Source of the DNA: Chrysemys picta bellii
Taxonomy: Eukaryota
Length of the DNA: 64,000 nucleotides
Reading direction: 5' to 3'
Assembly (NCBI RefSeq): GCF_011386835.1
Contig: NC_088796.1
Coordinates: 107,632,001-107,696,000 of the forward strand
In this document: positions 39,238 through 52,429 of the stretch, piece after piece
Position numbering within the stretch: position 1 is the first letter of the stretch
How the letters are laid out: every line of letters starts with the position of its first letter
Notes under the pieces: generated by a model
The model's input: the letters and a program-made list of their open reading frames with translations, nothing else
The model's database searches: none
What the model was told of the DNA's origin: nothing
Position numbers and translations under genes: made by a program

Positions 39238-40249
39238 CTTCATTATTTCCCACTTCCCCCAAATTTTGTGTCCCCAGAAAGCTTTATCAGTAATGATTTG
39301 ATGTTTTCTTCCACGTCATCGATTAAAATATTAAATAGTGTAGAGCCAAGAACTGATCCCTGTGGTTCCACACTAGAAACACAGCTGCTCAATGATTATT
39401 CCCCATTTAGAATCACATTTTGAGACCTATCAGTTAGCCAGCTTTTAATCCATTTAATGAGTGCTATGTTAATTTTATATTGTACTAGTTTTTTAATCCA
39501 AATGTTCCGCCGTACCAAGGCAAATGCCTTACATAAGTCTAAATATGTTCCATCAACACTATTACCTTTATCCACCATACTTGTAAACTCATCAAAAAAG
39601 ATCTCAAGTTAGTTTAACAGGATTTATTTTCCATAAGCCCACAGTGATTTGCATTAATTATATTACTCTCCTTTAATTCTTTATTAACTGAGTCCTTTTT
39701 CAGATGCTCCATTATCTTTCCCAGGATCAATGTCAAATTGACAGGCCTATAATTACCTGGGTTTGTTCCATTTACCCTTTTTAACCATTGGCACAACATT
39801 AGTTTCCTTCCAATGTCCTGGAACTTCCTCAGTTTTCCAAAACTTAATGAAAAACAACATTAACAATCCATCAAACTCCTCAGCCAGCTCTTCTAAACCT
39901 CTTGGTTGCAAGTTATCCACACATGCTGATTTATAAAGGTCTGATTTCAGAACCTGATTTTTAACATCCTCCTGAGATGTTAGTGGAATGGAAAGAATGT
40001 TATATGGTATGACTACATCATCTGTTTTTTCCCAAATACAGAACAGAAATATTTAGTGAATACTTACCTTTTCTGTATTTTTATTGATAATGCTGTCATT
40101 TCCATCAAGTAAAAGGCTAATCCCCCTGTTAGGATTCCTTTTGTTCCTTGTATATTTGGAAAAATCCCTCCCTTTATTTTCCTTATGTCCTTTTTCTTCC
40201 CTTATCAATTTTCTTTTCTATTCCTAGTCACTACTTTTGACTAAATATA

Positions 40250-40445
40250 GCATATGGGAAAGGGGGGGAATTTGATAGTAATACGTATGAAGGAGCTAGG
40301 AATTGTAGAAAATTGATAAGTGAAGCTAAAATACACAAGGAAAAATTGATGACAAAAAAGTTAAGGAAAAGAAGGAAGAGGTTTTTAAAGTTTTCAAAGT
40401 ATATTAGGAACCAAAAGAATTCCAACATCAGTATTGGTCTGTTAT
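40250..40445 (+). mobile_element. CR1 ORF2 fragment, opposite in orientation to the adjacent CR1
   Basis: gctaggaattgtagaaaattgataagtgaagc (RNCRKLISEAK) ... aaatatattaggaaccaaaag-like segment. Confidence 0.7.
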
Positions 40446-43400
40446 ATATCATTAATTTTTAAGTCTATGATCAGTTCCTCTATATATTGGACAACTTCCA
40501 ATAAAGAATTCCCCTGTGTTGAATATAACACTTTATCTGTGACTTCGTTGGCATGCACAAATTACTTTAATAGACTAGAAAGGCCTGATCTGATTTGCCT
40601 TAGAAGAACTATGCTTATTTGCCCTATGTTTATATACGAGGAAATGTTACGTATCCCAAATGAAAGCTCTGAATTTCTCCTTTCACTGATACATCACTCC
40701 CATTTCTAGCTTTGCAGTGTCACATGAGAACTTGGCTATTACAGAGTGCAGGCAGTGTCTGTCCTGAGACTTGGGTCAGTATAGTTTGGAGGGAATGCTG
40801 CTTATGTAGAGGGGGAGGAAAGTAAGGAAACAATTTTGTGACAAGTTGATTGTTCAAGTTAAATACAATTTGTCATGTGGCTCTGAAATGTATCACTTGG
40901 CTCCATAAATATGAGATATGCATGTTATGGTGTGTTTGAAGAGAAACTGTGTAATAGACTGATATAGCTCAACCAAACATATTTGAAAATTCTGTTAAAT
41001 CATTATCTGAGGTCTTTTATTTATATATTTCTGAAAGCAGACTGTGAAACCTACAGCATATTTCACATTCAACTTTAAATATATTAAAATCCTTTCCTTA
41101 AAATTCCCAAAGTAATTGTGTTATACAATCAGCACATAATATTTGGCAACCCAGCATACATGCTATTAATACAAGTAACAGTTATGAGTCAAACCAGCTC
41201 TGGTAATTATTACTTCAGTCATAGACACTGGCTAAAAAAGTTTACAAGCAGAGTTACAATAATGACGATGACTGACAAGTCAGTGACTGGATATTTATGC
41301 CAAATGTTAAAATACTATTCACACACTAATGCTGAGAGCTGATGCAAATAGAGAAATACTCAGGTGAAAGGCTTTTGCAATTGGTTTGATAAAATATTCA
41401 GTTCTGTAACAAGTATTCTGTTGAGCAAAATAATAACACAAGTTGTCATGGCTTCAGGCATTATCCTTTTCGCTATATTAAGTGTAAATTCAACTGTTTG
41501 CTGCTTGGCTATTTTTTTTACCATACTTTTGAGTCATGGCTATAACTGAGGTTTGATGTGGACAAATTTTCATTACTTTTACTTTCTTTCCTTTTGTTAA
41601 CTTGGTTGTTCTTAATACTTAAAGAAAGCTTTCTACAGTATAGCTTACCTATCTATAAAGAGAGCCAATTTAGAATGGGATCTAGCTATTTAAATGGGCA
41701 ATTTAAATGAGGCATGGCTAGAATGGCCTTGGACTCTTTTTAAGGCTCCAATACCTCAGGTTATTTGAGTTAGAAGAAGCACTAGTTGCATCTTCATTAA
41801 TTTGATCCTAATGTGATAAATGATATAAGGGGCCAAATCACTACCTTTGTGTATTTAAAGGAAATGGAACGGGAGGCCATAACCAGGGTTTTTGGGTCCA
41901 CTACTGTTCTGCTACATTATCTCTTCCAGCAGGCATGGTCTGCAATAGTGTGTGTGATGGCTGAGAAACATGAAGGTTGGGCTCTGCAAGGATAACTTTT
42001 ATTTCTTTACTCTTCTAGCTCCATCCACTAGCTTGTGTACATGCAGAAGCAACACATCTCCTCCCCATTTTAGCTGCTAACAATATTTTTGTAATGTTTG
42101 GCATAAATGAAATCTATGGAGTTGGAGTTTCTGCAGTTTCAAAAAAACAAAAAAAAAAAAACAGTGGATTACCTTTCTTTACTTGTTTCACTGGAATTTG
42201 AGGGAATAAGCTCCCTAGCTCAGCTGTTTCCTACCACTAATCTCAAGCCCCTCACCATGTGTGTCTCCTCCAACTTTGACCAGAAAGCTAAGTTCCAGCA
42301 TAGCCAAGGAGAGAAGGAAGGTAGATAGGTATGCATGCAGTTCAGGGATGTTGCTATCTTTCTCCTCTGTGCATTGTTCCCAGCCTGGATACAATTTCTA
42401 TCAATTAACCTCAATTTGATTCTTCTCCACAGCACTCCGTGAAGCAAAGTATGAAGAGGTAGTGATAGGCAAATGAGTGGCATACTAGCCTGTAAATATA
42501 GGCCATCATTTGAATATATGAAACTAGCATGAGCAACCTGAATTCTTGCATTTCCTAACATTTACATACTTGTGTCTGCAACTTTGCTATTCTTATAACA
42601 TAATTTATAGATAAATAGATGACTGTGGAGACTCTCTCTCTCTATCTATATCTATATATATGTTTTAACCTAGAATTACAAAACAATGCTTTTGAATTAA
42701 AAGAATAGTTCTAACAGTTTCTACTGTCTTTAAATTCTCATTTGTGTTCGAACTGAAGGGATAGAATAGGTTATAGAGCTCACTGCTTACCAGGAGCATA
42801 TCTTAACCATTTTAAATTCACATATTGTAGTCCTACTGTCCCCAGGAGTCTTTGACTGTTTTACCATGCTTTTGTAATGAGAATTTACTGACACATTTTC
42901 ATTATTAGATCAAAGGAGTGGGGCATTACATGAAGCCACTTGCAAATGAAATATCAAAATTGGCTGGAGTATACACTTTCATTCTAATCAAATATCATTC
43001 TCTTTTTCAGAAATCAATAGAGGAAACCAAAGAAAGGAGACAGAGGGTCTGAAATTAATACAGCTAGTGAAATCAGACTTAAAGTAGGTTCATTAATATA
43101 TGGTTGACTGGAATAACCGAAACACAGATTTTATAATTTAGAAGGCCTTTTGGAAATATCTACCTAATTTATAGAACACTTTTCAAAAATAATGTTTAAC
43201 TTTGGTTTATTCTATATTGAAACAAACTATATACTTGTTTCATGTTGAAATATGCATGAGACTCGTACCTACAAATTTCCATTCACTTAAAAAGAATCTG
43301 AATGTATTCTAGGCTTTTTATTTCTTAAAACTGAAAGAAGCACTGCTTTTAAATACTGTACCTTGAGATTGCTGCCTTTTAGGTAATACGATTCAAAGTC

Positions 43401-43816
43401 AATTGGGGGCATATAACTGGATTAGTGCTCATTACTATTGTCATAGGCTGTGACACATCACATGAACTCCTTATTAGCAACCAGCAAGAAGTAAATTTGT
43501 GAGATCACCTAGTGTCAATAAGAGTTAATCAGTCTTCATACGTTCACATGCCAAATCCTTTTTACCTTTAGAACATGTTCTCAAAGAAACTGCTTATGTA
43601 GCAACAAATTAAGGAAAGTAGAAATACTCTAAAGAGCTATCTTGATTTTCCAATGTGTAACATAGTGTAGGTTCTCCAGAAAGCAAATGCCTAGCTATAT
43701 GTAGAAAATATATGACTGATTGGAATAGCTCATAGCTTAGAGGGGTAGTGCATGTGAAGGCCCATGAGAAATTTTTATAAAACCCTATTCTCACTTACTA
43801 TAATGATCAGCCTTCC

Positions 43817-44174
43817 AAATCTGAAGTGAAATGAGGGAAAAAAAAAAAAAAAAAAAACCTATTCAGTAGAATAGGGCACTCTGCCAGTTTTACAGTTTCA
43901 TGATTGCCAAGGTAATTCTATAGTCATCAGATCTATATAAAATTATACACCTGATGGAACTTGGGCAGCCACAAGAGAGCATTTTGATTGCTGTGGGCCA
44001 CATTCTGCAATCTTTACTTACACTGAGTAGTACTTCGCTTATAGAGAAGCCTCACTGGGACTGCTTAAGTATTTAAGGTACTAGTCAATGGGTGATATTC
44101 TCAATCCAGACCTGGGCCCTTTTCAGACTGCATTAAAGGGCTGAAGAAGAAGGTGCCCCAAAAGCACTGGATGT
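43817..44174 (+). repeat. Dispersed direct duplication, copy 1 (probable donor)
   Basis: Aligns end to end with 60522-60869; 12 substitutions plus a poly-A length difference. Confidence 0.97.
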
Positions 44175-44778
44175 AGCCAGGGGAAAAATTCCCTGGCATA
44201 GGAACTGAGGAAGACAGCTATAAGTCTTCTAAAGACCCTGGCCCCTCATAAACCCCCTGGTATAACAGACATGCTAAGGGTAGGGCTGATGGCAGAAGGG
44301 GAATGTTAGAGTTGGAGTTATAACATGTTTCCTTAACTTAGATAACCTCTGAAGCAGCCCAGAATTGGGAGTGTGAAAACATGAAGATATCTTAAAGCCA
44401 CCTTAAGTCTCTTCTCCCATTCCTTCCCATGCTGCTGTAAGGCCACAGCACAGAATTTCCCCCAACATAAATAAGGGTATCACAGTCTTGCCCTGTAATT
44501 AGCAATTTTTCTTTTACCAGTGAAGTCAGCGAAACCTTATCAAATATTAATTGTAATCAAAAGAGGTAGGAATTACAGATTCTACTTGTAGATTCTGTCA
44601 GTTTTTTCCAGCAAAAACCAAAAGCAGCACTCCACACAATACCATTCTGAGCTGTATTGTTGTGAGACAAAGAAATGTGAATAGCGTTTTGGTCCTGGAA
44701 AAAGATACAATGTGTGGGCATGGAAAAGGGCTAACAAATGAATTTATTTATTTATTTATTTATTTGGGGAGGGGGGAA

Positions 44779-44946
44779 GGGATAGCTCAGTGGTTTGAGT
44801 ATTGGCCTGCTAAACCCAGGGTTGTGAGTTCAGTCACTGAGGGGGCCCACTTAGGGATTTGGGGCAAAATCAGTACTTGGTCCTGCTAGTGAAGGCAGGG
44901 GGCTGGACTCAATGAAATGTCAGGGTCCCTTCTGGCTCTATGAGAT
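44779..44946 (+). mobile_element. tRNA-derived, CR1-tailed SINE (tortoise PolIII/SINE type)
   Basis: A box tagctcagtgg, B-box-like gagttcagtc, CR1-like 3' end ggtcccttctggctctatgagat. Confidence 0.9.
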
Positions 44947-44951
44947 AGGCA

Positions 44952-44981
44952 TCTCTCTCTCGCTCTATATATATATATGTA

Positions 44982-45012
<31 letters not shown>
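44952..45012. repeat. Compound microsatellite (CT)n(AT)n(GT)n(GA)n
   Basis: Read directly from the sequence. Confidence 0.9.
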
Positions 45013-45013
<1 letters not shown>

Positions 45014-46634
45014 GAGGAGAAGAGACCATGCAGTGGGTTTGAGTGTAAGAACTTTTGCTTTGAACTTTGGGATAACAGCTCTAAAACTGGTAAATCAATA
45101 GTTTCAAGGTTCATTAAAGGTTTATTCCCTCATTTTCATATGACTAACTACCCTGTGCAACCTTGAAAAACATGTAAGCCACAAACAAGGTGGATGAACC
45201 TCAAGAAAGAGAGAAACCTATTCCCCTCTAAGGAACAAACTAGGCATATATCAAAAACAAAACACAAAACCCTTGAACACTGTACAAAAAGGACAGAGCA
45301 TAAATTAAAGGCTCCCAGGGGCAACTCCAGTTTGCAGCCAAAACCAAGTTTGCTGCTTTATTTAGTCAGTTGGTCTCTAATTGTGCAACTCAATGAAAAT
45401 CATTTATAACTATAAATGCTCCAGAACAACATGGCAAACACACAGGGCTGCAATGTAATATTACAGAACACTTATCTGTGGGTAATTACTACAAACTGAG
45501 GGAGATAATAACTGCTCAGCTACTCTGAAATAATTTACTCATAAAAGAATCTTCATTAAAGTAACATTAAGGAATGTTTTCAATGTGGTATATAGGGATT
45601 TAGCTGCATGATTCCCTTTAATATCAATGGGACTTGTGGGGCTAAATCCACACACGCTGCAATGAAAATTTGCACATAAGATTTTAACTTAAATTCATAA
45701 AAGGAAACAAATTTGGGGTGAAAACTTTACTGCATTGTGCCCACTTACTACTACTAATATGGAATGAGAGACGAGCACATTACACTGTAGAACCTGCAGT
45801 AAACCTGTTGCTGTACCTTACTACTTTTAACTGCTTAAGGAGAGAATGAAGGCTTACCTCATGAGCACCAGTGATGATAACAAACAGAGAAAACATCAGC
45901 TGAATTTTGTGAAATGATTCTACAATCTAAATTATTCAAACAATCAGTTGTAACAATGTGCTGTTACTGAGATGCAAGAACAATTGCCCTGGATTCAAAG
46001 AGAAAGGGGTTAAAATGATTAGTGCTAAGATAGCTTGTGACATTTCTTAGGAGATCCAGTGAAAGCAACTATTCAAGTTTACATAAAGTAAAAACACCTG
46101 CCTTCAAAGGGGATTTCCATGATACCCTTGGAAGCGACCTAGAAGCTTACTCAAAAGTGTGGGACCAAAAACTAATCAGTTCATTCTTCAGGTATTTTGC
46201 CACAGACTGGTATGAAAGAACACTAACTGGGCCAGAGTAACATAGATTCCTCTTATCACAAACTCAAATATCTTGGTAAAAGTAAAAAAAGGTATATAGT
46301 GATGATAAAGGAAGAAAAAAAGTGTCAAGTATCTCCAGACCAGAAACACTCATACAAACTGACAGATCGTCTGAGGGAGGTAGCAGGGCACAGTAAGACA
46401 GGCTTTCCTAATGTTACACCTAAGAGTGACTGGAACATGTTATTTTAGTACTTTAAATGTTTTTTAGGCCTAAGTGGGAGCTGCTGGGTGTTTGAAAATC
46501 AAGCCACTTATGTAAGCACCTATATAAGGATTTAGTATTCTAACTTTAGGCACTCATTTTGTAAAATCTTGGCCCTAATAACCATCTTTCACTAGGTGAT
46601 AGTACTAAAGTAGCATATTCCTGTCTCTTAGGGG

Positions 46635-46718
46635 TAGAAGGGAGATAGAAAAGCCTGTCATACTAAGAGTTAACATTAGCAACTCTTAGTATGACAGGCT
46701 TTTCTATCTTCCCTTCTA
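46635..46718. repeat. Near-perfect 37-bp inverted repeat (hairpin) with a 9-nt loop
   Basis: Arms 46635-46671 and 46681-46718 are complementary except for one bulged base. Confidence 0.95.
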
Positions 46719-47715
46719 AAGACACCAAAGGGCCATGAAGCTGACTCTACATTTTTGACTAAAGTTGGTCTTGACTTCACATCTTTTTTTGAGGGGGTGT
46801 CAATCCTGCAAAGTTCTGAGCACCCTTACAGTGGAAGGTGAGGGTACTTAGACCTTCTCGGGATTGAACCCTAGAGTAGTGAGGATGGACTTCTTCTTCT
46901 TAGCATATGCACAATGTCTCTCAGTGGCATGTGACCAGGATCACCAAATTTGATCTGCTCATTGGATCATTAGCTTCCCCAACCCGGGCTGGGTACTGAG
47001 GGGGAGTGCAACATGAATGCCGATCCATGCCCCCTACTTGTTTAATATTAAGCTTATCCTTAAATGCTTTGCTGAACTGGACACCTAGTTGTATTTGCAT
47101 ATATCCATATCTTTGAAGAGTTGATTTGCTGTTCCTGATAGTGATGATGTGACAGATGTAGCAACTCAGTAGAAGTGGTTATTTTGCAGTCAGTATAATA
47201 AGTTAAATGTTGTATGTCATAACTAGGGTTTATATATTTATTTTAGGATTCCATGTGACTGTCATAGCCCCAGAACGCTCTAAGAGTCCAGATAAATGGC
47301 AGCAGTGGGATCCAATGAGTATTTCCCAGTTATGTCATTGTAGAATGAGGGGCTAGCAGGCAGATTAACAGTCCTTCAAAAGATACCATATTGGATCAGA
47401 GGAGAGCAGGGAAAACTTGCCAGCACTCCAGCAACTCAGGATGGGATGAGAATAAGCAATTGTTCCCTGAGCTCATTGGACAATGAGGGGGCATTTCTGC
47501 CTTCCGCAACCATCTAAGAAACAGTCCCAAGGCTTGGGGTAAGAAGGTAAGGAATTCCCAATTGGCCTACATTGGCCCAATTCTTCTCTGAAATTCATGG
47601 TAACTTTGGTTGATTTTGAAACCTGAAAGAAGGCGCACTTCCTGAAAAGGTATGCACAGGTATAATTAAGATGTTGTGCAACTCAAACTGAAATGTAATA
47701 ACTGGCTTGATTGAA

Positions 47716-47743
<28 letters not shown>
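47716..47743. repeat. (AT)14 microsatellite
   Basis: Read directly from the sequence. Confidence 0.95.
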
Positions 47744-47747
<4 letters not shown>

Positions 47748-48244
47748 TTCTACAAAAACACTTGAGTGAAACATTTTGACCACCTACACATGAAATCTTT
47801 GCAATTACACTATTATGCCCTATATGAGTTATACTATACCCTTTAGTGTAGTCCTAACTAATAATAGCCATGTCTAATATTTTCACAACATCATGAGTTA
47901 GGGATACAAGTATAATCATCCTCATTTTACAGGTGGTAAATAACTTGGTCAAGTCCACATAAGTTATTGTCAGAGCCTTCTCAAATCAATCTATTTGACA
48001 TTGAACATCATTTTCACACTAAAATATTTCTAAAAGAGTTAATGAGAATTTTCAAATAAAAAATGATCCTCTTCCACTCCCATGGAACAAAAATGACTTT
48101 GAAATTTTGGGGTTTATAAGAAGTTTAACTTTTTGACCAGTCCTACTGAAAATATCTCCTGCAGAGTGCACGAAGAGGAGTGGAAATTTCTTTCCTGCAC
48201 TGCTGCCCTCATTCTACAATCCTTATCAACTCATAGATTCATAA

Positions 48245-48375
48245 GGCAGGTCTACACCTGGAGCTTGGGGGTGTTATTTCCAGCTCACATAGACATATAC
48301 TACCTTGATGAGCTAGCATGTGTATGTCTATGCAAGCTGAGAATTACACCACTAACTTCAAGTATAGACCTAGCC
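48245..48375. mobile_element. Harbinger-like MITE
   Basis: ggcaggtctacac / gtatagacctagcc imperfect TIRs. Confidence 0.65.
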
Positions 48376-48384
48376 ATCAATTAT

Positions 48385-49325
48385 AAGGCTAGGAAGGGAC
48401 CATTGTGATCATCTAGTCTGTCCTCCTGCATAACAGAGGTGATAGGACTTCCATGAATTAATTCCTGTTTAAAGTATATTTCTGAGAAAAACATCGTCAT
48501 GATTTTAAAATTTCCAGTGATAAAGCATCCACCAGAGTTTGTTCCAATGGTTAATTACCCTCACTGTTCAAAATTTGCACTTTATTTCTATTCTGAATTT
48601 GTGTAGCTTCAACTTCGAACTATTGGATCTTGTTATACCTTTTACAGCTAGACTACATCTATTATCAAATTTCTAATCCCCATGTACATACTTATAGACT
48701 GGTCACCCTTAATATTTACTTTAAGTAAAATAGATTTAGCTCCTTGAATCTTTCACTAAAAGGCATATTTTCCAATCATCTTCATGGCTCTTCTCTGAAC
48801 CCTCTCCAATTTATCAACATCCTTCTTGAATTTTGGAGACCTGAACAGGACATAACCTACATATTCTTACTTGATATTCCCCTGATTATACATCCAAGGA
48901 TCACATTAGTCCTTCACTGGGAGCTCATATCCAGCTTATTATTGACCCTGACTCTCAATCCGCTTTCAGAGTCATTGATTCCCAAGATATTGTCCCTCAT
49001 CCTGTAAGTTTGACTTCCCCATTCTTTTTACCTTGATTATGATTTTACATTTGATCACATTAAAATGAATATTGCGCCTAGCTATCCATGTGATACAGGT
49101 TGCTCAGTATCAGTGGCCCGTTTTCTTCATTATTTACTACATTCCAATCTTTTTCTTTATCTGCAAACTTAATCAGTGATGGTTTTTGTTTTTTTCCAGG
49201 TCATTGTTAAATAGCATAGGGCCAAGAACCAAGCAATATGGAACCCCATTAGACAACGCTTTGATGATTCCCTGTTTACAATTTCATTTTGAAACCTATC
49301 AGTTAGTCAGTTTTTAATTCATTTA
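48385..49325 (-). mobile_element. Decayed CR1 3' region with deletions
   Basis: Homologous to 55812-57460 and 38225-40240 (ggaagggaccattgtgatcatctagtctg; tttccaatcatcttcatggctcttctctgaacc). Confidence 0.88.
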
Positions 49326-51563
49326 ACTCAGAATTTTAAAGGTTCATCCTATAACCAAACAAACAAACAAACACAAACAAAAAAAAACCAGCTTATTCTT
49401 GCTATTTTAATTTCATCTTTCACCTTCATGAGGTTTTGTCCAGGAATTTGTCTAGGGCTAGGTTTAGAACTTGTACTCCTTGCTCCTACCACTCCATTTT
49501 GAGCACAAGATCCCTGTTCACTCAAATTCACAGAATTTTTTTAACCTTAAAATCACTCTAATTTATTTAAACTTAACCCCTCCCCCAGTCCTAGAAAGAC
49601 ACTTAGTGTTGTAAATTTCAGTGAATGGCAATTTTTATGACTGTGTTGCTCAAAAAAACAGTGGTTGAAGACCATTTTTGCAATATGTCGAATGCCCTCA
49701 ATTGAAGTCATTGGGATCTGATGACACAAAAATGTTAGTTAGATATTCAATTATATTCACATTCTCAGCACCCCTACAATACCAGAGATATTAAAGTGAA
49801 GAGGAAGCTGTGCATATAAAGCTCTTTTTCTACCTTTTATTTTTAAAGCATTGTTATGAGCACTTACTATTTCTGTTAAATGATTGACACAGTAAGTGTT
49901 TCACTTTAATTGGCACTTCTGTGATTTATCACTATCATGTTGGGAATACACCATTGGGCCATTTGTAAGTGAATAGCAGGGTATTATACATTTGACAATG
50001 CTTCAAAACTTTTAATGATAGCTCCCAATAAGACCAAGAAACCTACTAAGAGTTCATATCACCATTTGATCTAATTAATGAATTAGACCAAATTGCAAAT
50101 TCCCCCTCTGAGAAGGACCATTCCAAAGGTCCCTGGAGTCATCACAATGTCATGTTTTCTGGTACTGCAACTGTGTGAACAATAAGATTTCAGAGTCTAA
50201 ACTGGGGAGAAGACCAGGCAGTCTCATCCTATCAAAAATAATTGCCTTACCATCTCAGCTCATTACTTGCAATATAACCATACCAATCTGTGCAGGTTAT
50301 ACCAGTATAATCATACGTTAGGCAAACAAGGGACCATTTCACTTCTTGGTTTCAGATTAAGGGAGTAGACTTCTGATATTGAGATTTGAAAGAAAAAAAA
50401 AGATTTGAAAAACTGTTCCCCTGCTGTCACTCTTGTGCCTCTCATATAGAATATATTATATTTCCTCCCCAAAGCTGTTCAATCAAACCCTGCAAAGGTA
50501 GTGACCAACCACAGCCTGAAAATATCAGTTCCAACTATCGACACAGAACCTTATGTCCTTATGTTTCTAAGGATATACTCTCTATTTTCTTAATCATTCT
50601 ATATGTTGTTAAAAAGCATAAAGATTCCCAGCATAGCCTGAATGGCTCAATATCAATTCGACCCTTACTGTTGTGGAAGGAATCACCCCAGTTAGGATTT
50701 TTTGTGTATATAACTTTAGAAGGGGGCAGGGAGTAACAATTAATCCTGACACATTTTGATATGTGCATTATTTCCTTGACATTTTGATCTGGCTCAAATG
50801 AGTTCTTTTCAGCTCCTACACTGTATATCACATGTTTTATATTAGCAGCTTTAACTCACCATACCATCTGACTTTATCAACACCTAGCTTGCCCAGATGT
50901 GCTACTGATGTGAAAATGTTGGAAATCCACTTGTCCTATGCACCATATTATTGTCATATGAACAGTTAAAACTTACTTCTGAAACATACTTCTGTTTGTT
51001 TCAAGATTTTTTGAGTAGGTTATAATTGTCATTAGAACAAAATCCTATTTGAAAAAAACTGTTCAGAAAATAAAATTCTTACTGTGGTTCCCAAATTATA
51101 TACTACATGGTTAAAGCTGATGTATGTAAACTAATTCAATTCCAGAAGGAAAATCTGAAACTACTTAAAATACTGCTGACACTGATGTTATGATCTGGGG
51201 CATTTCAAGGTTATTTTTTATTCGTTTTTATTTTTGTTTTAGTGCCAGTAAGCTGTTCTGTCAAGAATCAGAGTTTTAATGAAAAATAAACACCATGAAT
51301 GGAGTCTTGCCAGGAAAGTTGATATAACAATCTCTTAAAATGGATGCAGGCTACTATAGTTTTGCCAAGATGACTTTTCTCATCTCTACATGCATAGTGC
51401 ATATATAGTGTATGCACATACAGTCTAAGAACTTTTTATTTTAGTGCTTTAATTGAAATACTTATCACAGACAATTAGGAACCCTTCCACAGACAGAGAA
51501 ATTCTGTGTTGGTTTACTGCATGCATGTGTACATATGATTGTGGGGTGATTGATATTGATTTA

Positions 51564-51803
51564 AGCCTGGTCTACACTAAAAAGTTACACCCCTGAACAA
51601 CATAGTTAAGCTGACCTAAGTCCCCATGTAGAAATGCTAGGTCAATGGAAGGATTCTTCCATCAATCTAGCTACACCATCTTGGCATAGGTAGTGGAATC
51701 TCTCCTATAGAGGGGAACCCCGTTGGCATAGGTAGTGCCTACACTAAAGTGCTACAACGGCCCATCTGCAGTGTGGCTACTGTAGTTTCAAGTGTAGACA
51801 AGA
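51564..51803. mobile_element. Harbinger-like MITE
   Basis: gcctggtctacact / agtgtagacaag TIRs; internal repeat of ttggcataggtagtg. Confidence 0.7.
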
Positions 51804-52429
51804 TGTTATAGATCTAGATTCTCTGTTGCCCTACAGCTCCTCAGTGCAAAGTAAGTATTAAATGCTACTAAATCAGAATGGTAATGATTTACACCAATTG
51901 AAAGTGAGTGTAAATTACTATACAGGATTCAGGATAGTGGAGAATCTGGCCTATAGTAAGTTTTATGTATGTACATTATATTATTCATCCATAATTTCAT
52001 AGACACACACCCATAGCAAGTTCATAACTGTCCCTAATAAAATTTGAGTATTTTTGTAGTAGAAGACTGAAGGATGAGGACATAAAGTTGTAAATAGTTA
52101 AGTCAATAGTTTTTAGAGCTGTGTGTGCATGCATAGGTATGTGTGTATATAATACCAGATGGTTTAATATGTTGTAAAGTTTTTGAGTATCTGGTTGGGA
52201 TGGCTATTTTATTTTAAAGTGATAAAGAAAAATTTATTTTATACCACATTTTCCAGAAAAAAACAAAAACACCTATTTTCAGAATGTGTTTAAAGTTCAA
52301 ATACATTCTGAAAATTGTGTCTTATATTTTGCCTTCTATGAAACCAGGTCTTAGTTGACAGGAGTCCAACTGTGGGAAGTTCAGGAGGGGAAAATTATAA
52401 CCAACACATTTTAGAACATATTTGAACAT

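Larger units (their letters stand above)
38225..40240 (-). mobile_element. Older CR1 LINE ORF2, interrupted at ~38600-39237
   Basis: Minus-strand ORFs VDGTYLDLCKAFALV and NPGNYRPVNLTLILGKIMEH (CR1 RT motifs). Confidence 0.9.

Noticed and set aside
44779-44850. tRNA-like sequence with A and B boxes (also 57850-57922 on the minus strand)
   Set aside because: It continues directly into a CR1-derived tail and has no proper cloverleaf, so it is a SINE head, not a tRNA gene.
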